The notes under the pieces: model-generated | The model's input: only the letters and a program-made list of their open reading frames with translations | What the model was told of the DNA's origin: nothing | The model's database searches: none | Shown here: piece after piece, positions 1 through 13,499 of the stretch | Position numbering within the stretch: position 1 is the stretch's first letter | Layout: every line of letters starts with the position of its first letter | DNA from: the human T2T-CHM13v2.0 reference genome, Homo sapiens | Strand: one strand, 5' to 3' | Length of the DNA: 64,000 bases | Assembly (NCBI RefSeq): GCF_009914755.1 | Contig: NC_060927.1 | Made by a program: the position numbers and the translations under genes

Positions 1-1244
1 TGACAGAACCAGTCTCTGCTCCAAACAGTCAAACAAACAAAAGAGAATCTAGTTAAGTGTTGATGGTGAACATCAGCAGGCCCAGGCTTAATACTTATTT
101 TTCCAACTTGCTTACTATAAATAGGAATAGATTTATTCTTGCCCATATTGTACCCGTAATAGGCATGAAAATCAAATTAAAATAAATATGAATAGGAATT
201 AAAGTTTTATAACAACTTCAATCAAATCAATATGTGCACTCCATCAGAATTACAATTGATATAGTATATAGGAAAAATTGTGTTATCTAGGTTGTGTTTA
301 CATATGACATCGTAGTCTTTACCATTGATGAATCACCATCTATAGATACATCACCCTTTAAAAATGCCTCGGATTATCTCATGCCACTGGAAGACTTTTG
401 GCTCCAGGTTTTAATCAGTACTAGCAAGAGTTAAGGAAGCTGATTTATTGGCTCAGTTTGTAGTGTGAATGTTCACACGTATGTAATGTTTAAAATCCTC
501 TAATCTCTGTGCAACCTCTCTGGGTTGTGTTTCCTCCAGAAAAATATTATCTGTTAAGGAATAATAACCTTTAACACTAAAGCCAATTTTTCCTGGAGCT
601 TGTAATCTCTCTCAAAAGCTGACAGATTGTTTGGTCAGAATGTTGGGAAGGATCTTCATCATTTTTATTCATTCTTCACACGATGTACACACCACAGTGG
701 CTCCTGTGTTGGAGCCAGGCCTACACAACTTCCTGTGAGCTTCTCCAAATCATAGCTGTGCTGCCAGGTCTTGACTGATGATAGTTGTTGAGAATCTGAT
801 TCATATTTACAATGATAGAGAGAAACCCTTCACCTAGCCAGACTGATCACTGAGATGAGACTGACTCACTTGCTTAGTGTAGGCACAAAAGCTGATTTTT
901 AAGTCTTGGCATTTTATTCTCAAAGTAACTCATAAAAAAGAGATTCAAAATATAGGCATTATTTTTACAAAAATATTCATAACTTGTTAAGGTATCAAAT
1001 CTTATAAGAAATGGGTGTCAAGAAATGTTTGAAGAAAATTTACCTGGGATATTAGAAAAATCATAGATTAGGGATGATTCCTATTTTAGGAAGTAAGGGA
1101 AATAAAATGATAAAATCACCAAAAGAACATGCTGATAAACATGGTAAAGACTTCTAATATTTAAAAGTTAGTATTTCAACACATGCAAATAAATTCAATA
1201 GCTCCATTTCATAGTGATAACATTGGAATAATAATATGGTCATG

Positions 1245-1810
1245 TGACAAATGTTTATCGAATATATACTGTGTGCCAGGCAGTGTTCTAGGTTCTGGGG
1301 AAAAAAAGAAGAAAACCATTAAAATCCCCTGTGTGGATTACACTTTGCTAAGGAAGATAGTAACAGATGTTTATGTAAAATAGAAAAGCTATTACATAGT
1401 GATAATTTTATAAGAAAATTGGAATAGAGAGTGCTTGGGGAAAAGCTGGTTGGGTTGTATTTGTTTTTTGTTTTTTTCCTCAATTTTAGAGTGGTCAGGA
1501 ATATTCTCTAGAAAAAGGTGGCATTTAAGCAAAGGGATGAAAGAGGTAACATATTATGGCAAGCTTAGTGCAGATTGCTCAGAGTGGAGGAAATGGGCTA
1601 TGCAAGAGACCTGAGAGAGAAGTGAGAGCGATGTAGGAGTAGAGAGGGAACTTTGAAGCAAGTAGTAAAGGGCCGTTTGTGCCATCCTAAGGACTTTCCT
1701 TTCACTCTGCGTGTAATGAGAAGTCATTTCAGGATTCTGAGCCAGACACTATCATCATCTGTTTGACATTTTCACAGATCATTCTGCGTTTGGAACAGAC
1801 TGTGGACTAG
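1245..1810 (-). mobile_element. LINE L2 3' fragment
   Basis: caaatgtttatcgaatatatactgtgtgccaggcagtgttctagg resembles the reverse-complemented L2 3' end, followed by a purine-rich L2 body. Confidence 0.75.
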
Positions 1811-1825
1811 AAATATGATAGTGGG

Positions 1826-2050
1826 TTATTGAGCTATTACCAAGTGCCAGGCGTTGAACTAAGAAATTTACATATCGTATGCTATTTAACTCTAACAGTC
1901 CAATAAATGTAGATATTATGATTAGCCTTCATTTACTGAGAATAGGAAATTGAGGCTAAGAAGAATGAAATCAACAGCATCCTTAGTAAATTACACAGTG
2001 AAGATTTGAGCCCAGTTCATCTGTTCCAAGTATCTGCATTGCTCACGACT
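1826..2050 (-). mobile_element. MIR SINE
   Basis: ttattgagc...gtgccaggc...ggaaattgaggctaagaag...gatttgagcccag, MIR core in reverse. Confidence 0.75.
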
Positions 2051-2479
2051 ATACTTTATTACCTAAGATCAGGTGAAAATCACCACTAGCATAAGTAGTT
2101 TCAAAGTGGCAATATCAAGGGTGTTCTACCTCTACCCCAAACATCTCTTCTCAGTAGCTGTCTGTCCCAGAAGAGCCATAGCCATTTCCAAATAGGGCCT
2201 GAAATTTTCTTAGGATGACTTCTGGTGTGTGTGTATGTGTGTGTACAGTATTGATAGATTAGACAGGTAAATATATATTGCTATGGTGAATCCAATAATT
2301 TTTCTATCGTATTTTATCTATCACATATTACTTTTTCTATATTGACTGTGTAACTTTGCCACTTACTGGACACTCCAACTAGTAACAATGCTAGCATTTT
2401 TATTAAATATTTTGTGTTATCTTAGCAGACACTGTCTTTAATGACAATTTTGTAGCTGCCTTTCTACTGTTTGCTCCTC

Positions 2480-3160
2480 TTATTTCTTCTTCTTCTTGCC
2501 TGTTGCACTTAATATGTTGGTGGCAGTAGGTAGCCTTATCTCATTTCTCACCTTAGTGGTAATTTTTCTAATATGTCACTATTAAGAATGATGTTTGTTG
2601 AAGGTTTCTGGTATATATTATTTGTGAAATTAAGACAAATCTTTCTTTTCTGAGCTTGCTAAGCAATTTTAAAGTTAGGATTGGGTTTTGAATGTTGTCA
2701 AGTGCTTTTTCAGCTTCAAAATCTCATGATTTATTATTTCACTTTTTGTTCATTAATATACTTGATGGAATTTAATTTATGTAGTTCTTAATATCGAACT
2801 ATCTTTACATTTCTCATGATTGATTTTTAAATATTTCTGTATTTTTCTTACCAGTATTTTGTTTAGAAGTTTGCAAATATGCTCAGAATTTAGATTGAAC
2901 AATAGTTTTTTCTTTGTGCTAACATTATCCAGTTTGGATATTAAGAATATGCCATTTTATGGAATAAATTGGATGGATTTCTGTATTTTCCTAAGCTGTT
3001 GAACAATTTAAATAAATTTAAAATTATTATTTTTGATTTTTAATAAAAATCTATGCAAAACCATCAGATCCTAGTATCTCTTAGGAGATTTACGACTACT
3101 TTTCCAGCATTGTTTATGTTCGTGGATCTATTGGTTTTTCCATCTCTTCTTGAGTTGATG
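2480..3160 (-). mobile_element. Ancient L1 (L1M/L1ME-type) fragment
   Basis: T-rich; tcactattaagaatgatgtttgttgaagg and ttgaatgttgtcaagtgctttttcagc resemble antisense L1 ORF2. Confidence 0.65.
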
Positions 3161-3169
3161 TGGACATTG

Positions 3170-4850
3170 AAATTCGAGTATAATGACAGGTGTGGTGTTG
3201 GAGGGAAAGAGTGTTCAAGCAAGCTCCAGTTGATGGTATTTCAAGACACAAAAGGGAATGACAGAAAGTCCAGTGGATAACAAAAACAAGAACTGTAAGT
3301 AGACAATCGAATCTAATGGTTTACGCTTCAGAAAACTCACATGAATTGAAGGAGGATGGAGAAATAATGGTCTGGATCTTCACGAAAAGGAGGAGAACCT
3401 ATAAATCACCTTGAGCTCAAGGAAGACAGTTTATAGGAGACAAAATTTTCTCCACCTAAGAGGGTATCAGTGGAAGTAGTAGACTAAAAAGAAATAGCAA
3501 TTTTAGTTTTGTAACATTTAGAGAAGAAAGTAACTACCTTGGAGAATTTAGGTGTAAAGTGGTTCGAGTTCTAGAAAGTGCAGTGGAAGGGTCTGGGGGT
3601 CAGGAGAGGTGGCAGATCGGACAAATTTAGCAAATGTGCCTACAGTGGTGAAAGCCTCTGTGTAGGAGGTGACCTGGGAGTTAAACTTCTCGTGGGAATG
3701 GAGGTGACAGGAATGTGGGACATTGATGAGATTAGACCTGAAGGATTTTCAGGAAACCTGTGACAATAACACTGCAAATACTGGCATAATTTTTAAAGAA
3801 TGGGAAGGTAAGAAGCGTCCTGCAGGAGCATGCCGAATTCTGTGTCACTCAGTGGTTCCGTCTCCCCGTGGCTGTATGGAGGTCACACGAGGGAGATGTG
3901 CCAACTGCACACAGAACTAACTGCCTAGGCAGCTTTGCCAGGAGTATTTATGGCTCTGTCTTAAATCTCTGATTTTGATATCCACAAATAGGATAGCATC
4001 ATAGTTTTGGACTCTTTGACACCAATTTCGACCTGTCATCTACTTAGCCCATAGCCATTACCATAATCTCAAAATCAAGCATTCCACTCTTAGACATTAT
4101 TTCCCACCTTTACTGTCAGCCCATCTAGTGCCCAGAGGACAATAACAATTCCAACTCTTTTGGATTTCCAATTTATGGAAACTTCCCCACTGCCTTCAGG
4201 TGTCTTTTTACCTGACTGATTTCCCTGGTCCAACGTAACGAACACTCCCTCAAATGTAAGCTCTATATGCTTTGTCCTGTCTCTCTTCATTTTCCCTACA
4301 TATCTACCAAAAATACAACTCTGGTTAAATTTTTCATCTATTCTTCACCTGAATAGTTGGAGAAAAACACACAACCAAACTTGCTTGATTCATTTTAGAT
4401 TCATAACCAATGATCTCCAATAGAAACAAGAACTCTCACTTCTCTAGCCAATTCACTTTCTCTCTTCCCAAGATGAAGATTTCACACCTTCTCTATCCTC
4501 CTCAAACCTATAAGACGTCCTTTCCAGTTCTTTCTCCAAGTTGATTATTTTGCTTGTTAATTCATTGAGGAAATATAAACAACTAAGGAAAATTCCCATC
4601 TGTTCCAACAACTCTTCAACCTACCTTCTTCTCTACCTGCCGATGTGGCCAACATCCTACCTCAAAAGATAAATAGCTATTCTGTTTTTTGCCTGAAACT
4701 GTCTCCTCCAATTGGAACCCTGGATTCCATCCCATAGCCTAGAATAATTGCCATTTTTATCAATTAATTAAAAATGTTGGCTGCCTCTTCAAAATATACG
4801 GTACGCATTATCCTTTGAGTTATTTTTGCAATGTTATCATCATCTCTTCC
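3170..4850. mobile_element. Degenerate L2 fragments, apparently in both orientations
   Basis: GA-rich block (about 3170-3790), then a CT-rich block (about 3950-4850) with L2-like phrases such as ccctggattccatccc. Confidence 0.45.
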
Positions 4851-4972
4851 CCTTTGGGCCAGACACACACACACATACACATGCATTCAAATTCTGAACT
4901 ATTCAACAAGATGACAGCAAGAATGAGGGATAAAACAAGAAAAAAAAAACAAATTTAGAACTTTTCAAGTGA

Positions 4973-4994
4973 ACACACACACACACACACACAC
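4973..4994. repeat. (CA)n microsatellite
   Basis: direct reading. Confidence 0.9.
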
Positions 4995-5187
4995 GCACTA
5001 CACTGTAAGAAAAATGCAGAACCAGACTAGCTGAATTCATTTAATTCATTTTTAGATCATTGGGGAAGAGCAGGATGGCTAGGAATTACCTTGGTGATGA
5101 AAAAAATGACTCTTTCAAAATCAAAATAATGTCTAATTGAATATACTGATTATTTCCTTCTGAAATAATTTCAATTAGTTCATTTTT

Positions 5188-5600
5188 CTTTTTTCTTTTT
5201 TATTGATGTATAACATATTACATATATATGGGTTATATGCAATATTTTGTTACATGCATAATATGTATAATGATCAAGTCAGGGTGTTTAAGGTATCCAT
5301 GAATTCAAATATTTATAATTTCTATGTGTTAGGAACAATTCAAGTCCTCTCTTCTAACTACTTTGAAATATACAATACATTATTGTTAAGTATAATTACT
5401 CTACTCTGCTGTGGAATGATAGAACTTATACCTTTTATCTAACACTATGTTTATGCCCATTAACCTTCCATTCTTCATACCCTCCTCCCACCGACCCACC
5501 CTTCTCAGCCTCTAGCATCTATCATTCTGCTCTTTACCTTTATAAGATCAACTTTTTAGCTCCCATATATGAGTGAGAACATATGATATTTGTCTTTTGT
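5188..5600 (-). mobile_element. L1MA-family 3' end
   Basis: tttattgat...aatgatcaagtcagggt...tactttgaaatatacaatacattattg...agctcccatatatgagtgagaacat, typical antisense L1MA 3' UTR. Confidence 0.85.
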
Positions 5601-8600
5601 TTTTATAAACAAGAAGTGAATAATTACCCCTGATTTAAGAAGCCTGTGAATTGATAGACGATTTTGCCTAACTGATATGGAAAAGTTTGCTCTTTCAACA
5701 GTAGAGATTAATAAAGGATTCCCTTGAATGGCGATACACCCTTTTGAAGTCTTGGTCTGTACTTTGTTATTCAGGTAGTACTGCTTATTATCTGTGGGAG
5801 GAAAAAAAATCTTTTTTCCTGCTTCACTAAACCTATTACCAATACTTGCATTACAACTTGTTATTTCAATGCATTTCGGATTCCATTAGGTGTTTGCATA
5901 TGATTTTGTGTGTATTTTGGTGTTTTAAAATGTTGTCCCTGTGGATCAAAATATGATAACTAAATTATCAATCATGTTGGTATTGCTGTAGATCAGATTA
6001 TTGTTGTCTTATAAAACAGGTATGGCCTGTTTAAGTCTTAGAAGTCTTTTATTTAGTATGTTTTACTATCTTAAATTGTTATGTCAAAATATGTAAGAAC
6101 GACATTGTGTTGATATATTTTTATAGGTAAAATAATTTCTCATTGTGATTATGTAATTTTCTTTCCATTAAGGTGTGAAGCACAGGGTCTTTGAAAAATA
6201 AACTGCTGACTGTGTTTTGCTTGTCATTGGTAGTATTGCCATATAAAAAGATATCTGACAAGGAAATATTTTATGACTTGTGCTGAAGCAGTCAGTAAGT
6301 TATCATAGTTCTCATTTGAGTAGTTGTAGGCCTCTCAATTGCTTCCTAAGTAAAAAGTTTTTCTGGCCAATTTTAATCTTGCTCAGAAACATGAAAATGT
6401 ATTTCCTGTGTATACCATGGACAAAGTTCCTGGAGAAAACATGTTTATCTAACTTTAGTCACTTTTTTTCTGAATCATGTGATGGTTTTGACTTAATTCA
6501 ACTGTATTAACTCAAAGAAATCCAAATTTTCAATTCAACCAGAAACAAATGGAATTGTACTTGCATGGAAGAACCAAGATTATTTTCTTTTAAGTAACAC
6601 AGTTTGGTTTTTTTCCTTTCAGAAAATATATTAGAGAATTGTTTGTGTTAACTATTTTAACATTGTGCATGTCAGTAGTAATTAAAACCTTAAAATCAAA
6701 AAGTAGATTTTTAACTTTGAATTGAGATATTCCTGACTGGAGGGATTTGTTTCTCCTCTTTTTCTTTCTCTGTTTCCTTCTATTCATCCTCTTTTATCTT
6801 CCTCTTCTTTCTTACATTCTCTTGTTGAAGTATCTGGGTGATCATTTTTTTCTAATGTCTTTACTCTAAATCATTTAGCTTTAAAAGGAAAGCTTATAAA
6901 GGTAGCAAACAACTCCTTCGGGTAAAATAAGTATGTGCTGACTGGTGGTACGCAAAATACCTACCTGATATTTTCCCTACTTGAAATGCACTGTGCCCAA
7001 ATCATAATAAATTTTCAAATAAATAAAATTTGTGATAGTTCACACAGAGGCCAGAACATTGCATGTTTGCTGTCATAAATAAGTATTATATTTATAATTC
7101 TTAAAATTAAATTATATATTCATTCATTATACTTTATCATAGCATATTTGTAGCACAGTGCTTTATAATTTCTTTATTGATTATTGTGTGAAGTCTATAT
7201 GATTAGAACCAAGTACCATTCATATAAGAATAGTGTTTTAAAAATAGCTTTGTAAACAGTAGTAGACACCTTCAGAAAAGGAAATCTCACTTTCCTTTGG
7301 ACTCATAACTAGCAAAGCTAAGGTCTTGGAAGTCTGCAATATTGAACTGAAATAGCTAAAATAACTGCAAAATATGATTATATGACAGAGTGCTTAAGAA
7401 AAGCTTTCATGTTCCTTGTAGGAAGATAGTTTTCATTTACTCGAATTAGGTTACTCTTTTCTACTTTAGAATAAGACATTTTTTAAGTAATTTCATTTTG
7501 GCAGCTCTAATTCTCCCAAGAATGTCCTTTGTATTTCTCACTTTGCAAAACGGCACTGCTTGCTTGTTTGATCTTTTCCCTTGGAAAGTAATAGGACGCT
7601 TTCCTTTTGCTCCTTGGACAGCCTGACTCGCCTTCTAATCCATCACAACGGCATGTGAGAGGCCTTGCCTCTGGAATCCTGACCCCACCCCGGGAGCTCA
7701 GTTCTTTACTTGCAATATTACTGCCAATTTGGCATATTTGAGAGTTCAGTGTCTCCTCCGCCTCTGGCAGAAAGAAAAACCCATTCCTGACCTTTCACCC
7801 ACATATGAGCCTCTTATTATCTATTATTAATGTACACATTATATAGACTATCAATAGCTGAGAATGAGAGAAAACATTTCTATTTAGAGAATTCTAATAT
7901 GTCTTTTATTGTTAACTCAATTCTTAGCCATAAGGGTTAAAACTACTGTAACTACCTGCAAAACTGAACACATTATCTTTTCATTTAAAATAGTAAAAGT
8001 AGCCTCAATCTTTGAGCTCTTCATTTTATGATCTTGATTTTTTTAACTTTGGAACTTTTTCTTTATTGGAGTTGTGAGGATGTATTGACTACTTAAATCC
8101 TGCATTTAATGCAAAGAATATACAAATATTAGCAAGACAAATAATAATAAATTGGGATATATTTATATTTCAAATAAATGCTATTGGGTGAATATGTGAT
8201 ATAGATGATCATGCACCTTCACATATTTAAATGCTATTATCCTCAATTCTTAATTGAGAATGTCCGGTTCAGTTAAAAAAGTTAGTATTAGAATCTTATC
8301 AGGTACAAGAGCTAAAATTAAAATGCTAAAATTATGACCTTATGTAACTCACTTGATATAATTTTCTTAGTCTGATAACATTGGTGACTGGGAGTTTATC
8401 ATATCCTCACTAGATAAGAACTGTTGTCATTACAATTTTCCTAATAATTGAGCCCATTGATTTTGATAATGAATACTTGAGGACTTAGGAGAATTTCTAA
8501 ACTTTTAGGAAATTTCTCAGTACTTTTAAAATAGTATTTTTAAGCTCCAAATTTCAAAATATACAGGAGTTAAATCTTGCCACTCTCTCTGTGAATACTG

Positions 8601-11289
8601 GATCATTGATGGGAGGCAGTGGAGAGCTAACTCACATTTAGGGCTTATTCCACTGTGTGGACAGTTGTCAGCACTGTGTGTGATAACTAAGCACTCTACC
8701 TCTAGAGTCCATTCAAATATTTTACTCATAGAAGGGTCTAAGAATATGGACCAATGGTCCAATATATGAGCACTGAGTTTGTCTATTGTACCTAAAACTA
8801 CGTTAAGCAGTTTTCATTTTCACTTCACATTTATGATGGATCTATCAGTAGTTGAAACAGGATTGAAATTTAGATTCACATTTAAAATGCTAATTATATT
8901 CTTGTGTAACTGCATAACAACATCAGGAAACAGCTGCTTTCACCAAAAAAAAAATGCTGGCTTTAACTTATATTAAAGAGAGTTTCAGCAGTTTTGTAAA
9001 ACTTTGGAGCACCCCCAGTGCATTTTGGGGATAATTTTTATGAGGCCTGGAAATTCTATCCATGAAAATGTTTAAGACACAGGAGGATCATCTTGAAAAC
9101 GGCAAAACAGAGGGTGAGATATTGACATCAATACCAAACACATTGAAAAATCACATTTTGCTCTGATGCAGATGTTGATGTAAAGTGCAGACACCGTAAA
9201 CCAACCTACATGACATGATTATAAAGTGACAAGTACTAGGGAAAAAAAGTACCTCAGTTAAAACTAGAGGGTCCTAAAGATCAAATTGGCCTCATCAATG
9301 TGCTTCTTTCCTTTGGTGAATGTATGTTCTGTTTACTTTGTTAAAATTGAAATTTATCCAGGATAGAGTGGCCCTCACTTTTTTTTTTTTTGAAATTTTT
9401 TTAGAGCTGGATATGGAATATGAAGTTTATATGTTACTGAGTAAATTGATGAATAATTACATGGAAACTTTCTCTTCATTTGTCTGTCCAATGGCTATAT
9501 CCGATATTGATAGCATGTTGTTGTATATTTATGTACAGTTAATTGAACAATTAATGATCAACAACAAAAACTGTTCATAACTGATTTGTTGTTTGTAGAA
9601 TTTTCTAGTGTAGTTGTTATACATTTGTTGTTAGTTTACCTGGTTTTCTAAAGTATATTTTCATGTCAACACATTCCTGATGGTAAGATTGCTGCTTGGT
9701 CACTGAAGGGTCTGAGTGGAAATGGGTGCATTGTCTCTCATAAGGGACATTCTCCTCCACAGAATTGACAATAGCAGCTATTACATATTGATGATTGCTT
9801 TGGTGCACTTTATTATTTAATTGAAATTATTGCATCTCATGGAAAGACCATAGGATAAAACACTTCCATAAAAGTTTATTTTATTTATTAAAGGCTTTAT
9901 TTTTAAAGTGCTATTTTACAATTTGAATTGCCTTTATAATTGTAGTACAGTTTTAACACAATTCAATAGCATAAGACATCCCAAAATTAAGATAAACAGT
10001 GCCAACAGGTGTGATTCAATAAATCCATCTAAAATGAGTATTAATTTACCTTTTTAAAAGACTTACTCTTAAGATGGCACATATAATTTATAAATAATAT
10101 GTATAAATAGCAAAAACTTTAATACACATACACATAAAATCTGATTCATAATATCTACATCTAATTGCGATATTTGTAAAACACATTTTTAATAACAATG
10201 GGTTACATGCTAAGATCCTATATTTGGTATTCATCATCTCACATTGTAATTTTACAAATGAACATTAACAATTCTCAATTTGAAGTTCAGACAAAAAATG
10301 GAGTCAACCGACCCCCATAAATTCATTTTTAGGAGGAATTTTACTTAGTCTTCATCAGTTCAGTTATTTTCCTTACGTTTGAGAACAGCAAGTCTTCCTT
10401 CAGCAGTATGGCGGTGTGAAGAATCATTATTACATTAACTAAAATGTTTCTGTACTTTCAAGGTCATCTCAAGTTCTTAAATAATATAAATATTTGTTAA
10501 AAATATATGTTCTATTATATGCAGCATAGAAAGAAAAAGAGTACTTCTATCTGGTATTTATTATATTTGCGTTATGTGCAAACACTTCAGATCAGGAACG
10601 TGGACATTCAAGAACACAGCCCCTTCCTTTATGTGACAGTGGAGAAGAATGGGTCTCATAAACAGCCTAAGACATAAAGGAAGGTAATTGAACACCTATT
10701 CCATGTGTTTCCAAAATCACCAGTACCGGATGTAGAATGTACACAACAATTCTTCTGCTTTCTCCAAATGGAAAATCGCCTTTTTATAGCCAATCATCTC
10801 GTATAGAACTATAAATAAAACCAGATTTATTTTTCAAGGTAATGGGGGAAGTTTTGACAGAGCTCTTCATCAGGGATTTAAAATCCTGTTCACAATTTTT
10901 TTTCAACTGTTATCTAAGAGAACAAAAAGAATTAGGATGCTTAAAAAATTAAAAATTTAATCCACTTCGTATGTCAAAAACATTCAAGTTCATGTATGTG
11001 TGATGGTTATTAAGTAAATGAACAAAAGAGCACAGTATAACAATACAACGGAGGTAAAAAATACCATTGGATTTAAATATGCCTCCTGCTTAGGGTCCGA
11101 AAGTTCTCTCTTACAGGGACTTATGTCTTGCCTTCCAAACATGTGAATATTATTTTACTTTGTAGGACTAACATTTCCAAGTCACACTTTTTATTCAATT
11201 TCTTCAATAGCCATTTTCTTTTCATAGAAAGGATAATGCTTTAATTTATAAAGATATGGACTTCTCGTCTATTTAACAAAGACGTGCTA

Positions 11290-11400
11290 TTTTTCATTTA
11301 TTAATCAAACATTTATTGAATACCTCTTGAGTGTCTGACATTATTTAAGGTGAACAACTTAGAGAAAGCCCTGCCCTCATCAAGCTTTCATTCTCTTCCC
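11290..11400 (-). mobile_element. L2 3' terminal fragment
   Basis: ttcatttattaatcaaacatttattgaatacc...ccctgccctcatcaagctt. Confidence 0.6.
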
Positions 11401-11601
11401 TCCTCTGAGGTGTGATTCATTTCATGGGCCTTGTACCATTTTTTTAAGTCACAGAAACAAAATCATTGAGAATCAGATGAGTCTTAGTCATATATTATGA
11501 TGCTCATAAGTATATGTTTTGTCCTCATTCGTATATATTTTTTAACCATAGGGAATTCCTTGGGAGCAATATTAAAGGGGAGTAATATTTTTATAACCCT
11601 C

Positions 11602-11961
11602 TGTATTAGTCTGTTTTCACACTGCTGATAAAGACACACCTGAGACTGGACAATTTACAATAGAATGACATTTATTAAACTTACAATTCCACGTGGCTGG
11701 GGAGGCCTCACAATCATGGCAGAAGGCAAGAAGGAGCAAGTCACAGCTTAAGTGGATGGCAGCAGCCAAAGCTTGTGCCCTGCACAAGCTGCTTTTAAAA
11801 CCAGCAGATTTCATGAGCCTCATTCACTATCACAAGAACGGCACGGGAAAGATCCGCCCCCATAATTCATTCATCTCCCACCAGGTCCCTCCCACAACAT
11901 GTGGGAATTATGGAAACTACAAGATGAGATTTGGGTGGGGACGTAAAGCCCAACCATATTA
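11602..11961 (-). mobile_element. THE1A/B solo LTR (ERVL-MaLR)
   Basis: tgtattagtctgttttcacactgctgataaagac...gagatttgggtgggg...aaccatatta; 5-bp TSD CCCTC at 11597-11601 and 11962-11966. Confidence 0.93.
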
Positions 11962-12799
11962 CCCTCTGTCACAGAGTGGAAGTGGCCTCTTTCCCAAAGT
12001 TTGCCTTAAGTTTGACTCTAAGCTTAGGTTGGTTGGAGAAGACCTTTCCATGACAATTCTCTAGAAAGTTTATCATTTCAGATGGTGTCATGATGTGACA
12101 AGTTGCACGATGAGGAAGTTGGGCCAAATCAATAAAAGTATTTTCAATGTGCATAAATCCTGGATTATCATGCTTTTCTCAAGACTCTAGAAGATTCTTT
12201 TCCCCATAGTCCTTGAAAAGGGTAAGAAACAATGTTGGTTATTGGAAAACTCCCATAAGGGAAGCAGCCTGCCAGTTAAGGCTGGAATTTGGGACCAACG
12301 CTGCTAGACGATATGTAAAAACATTAAAACACATTACAAGAGAAGCTGCTGTTGATTATTAAGAAATAAACATTCCTGTGGCTCATTTGAAGGCAAATCT
12401 GTAATAATCAGTGGAGGATTCATGTGACCACATCTGAAGCCTGGAATTTCCAAGTTCCTGTATGCAGTGAGAAGCTGAGTGCCACAGCAAGGCAGATGAA
12501 GAAAAGATGGTGTTGAACTGCTTCCTTTCCATCTGGTGTTTTACAGCAGCTCTGCTCACAGTTACTCTTAAAGGAAAATAGAATGAAGAAAAATAAATTC
12601 ACAATCTTGTGTTGTTTAGGCTGAATAATCTAAGCCAAATTATTGCTTAGGAATAAATTAAATATTGTACAAAGCAGAGTCCAAACATAAATAAAATACA
12701 CTGGAGGGAGACCTCTCACTTAATGAGACCCTGAGCTAATGTAATTTGCCCAATAACAGCAACATAACTATACCAGTGCCAAGTATGAGGGTTAGTATG

Positions 12800-13291
<492 letters not shown>

Positions 13292-13499
13292 TTATTCCAA
13301 ATGCATTCTAGTTATTGAAAGACACTTTTAATTCAAGAAGAAGTTTGTTAATTAATTCATCTTTTTATTTTTTACCCAGATGCTTAAGAACAATGGATAT
13401 TTTCTTGTTAAAGCACTTTTTGACCCACTTAAATTTCTTAAAAAACATGTTCATATATGCAACTAACATATATGCACACATTTGATCAAAGATAAGATT

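Noticed and set aside
9617-9808. Protein-like minus-strand ORF with a CAG|GTAAAC donor at 9640
   Set aside because: No polypyrimidine acceptor and no recognisable homology
10591-10683. 93-nt plus-strand exon candidate (CAG| ... AAG|GTAATT)
   Set aside because: Stops in all three frames and a weak acceptor; a non-coding exon cannot be excluded but is unsupported
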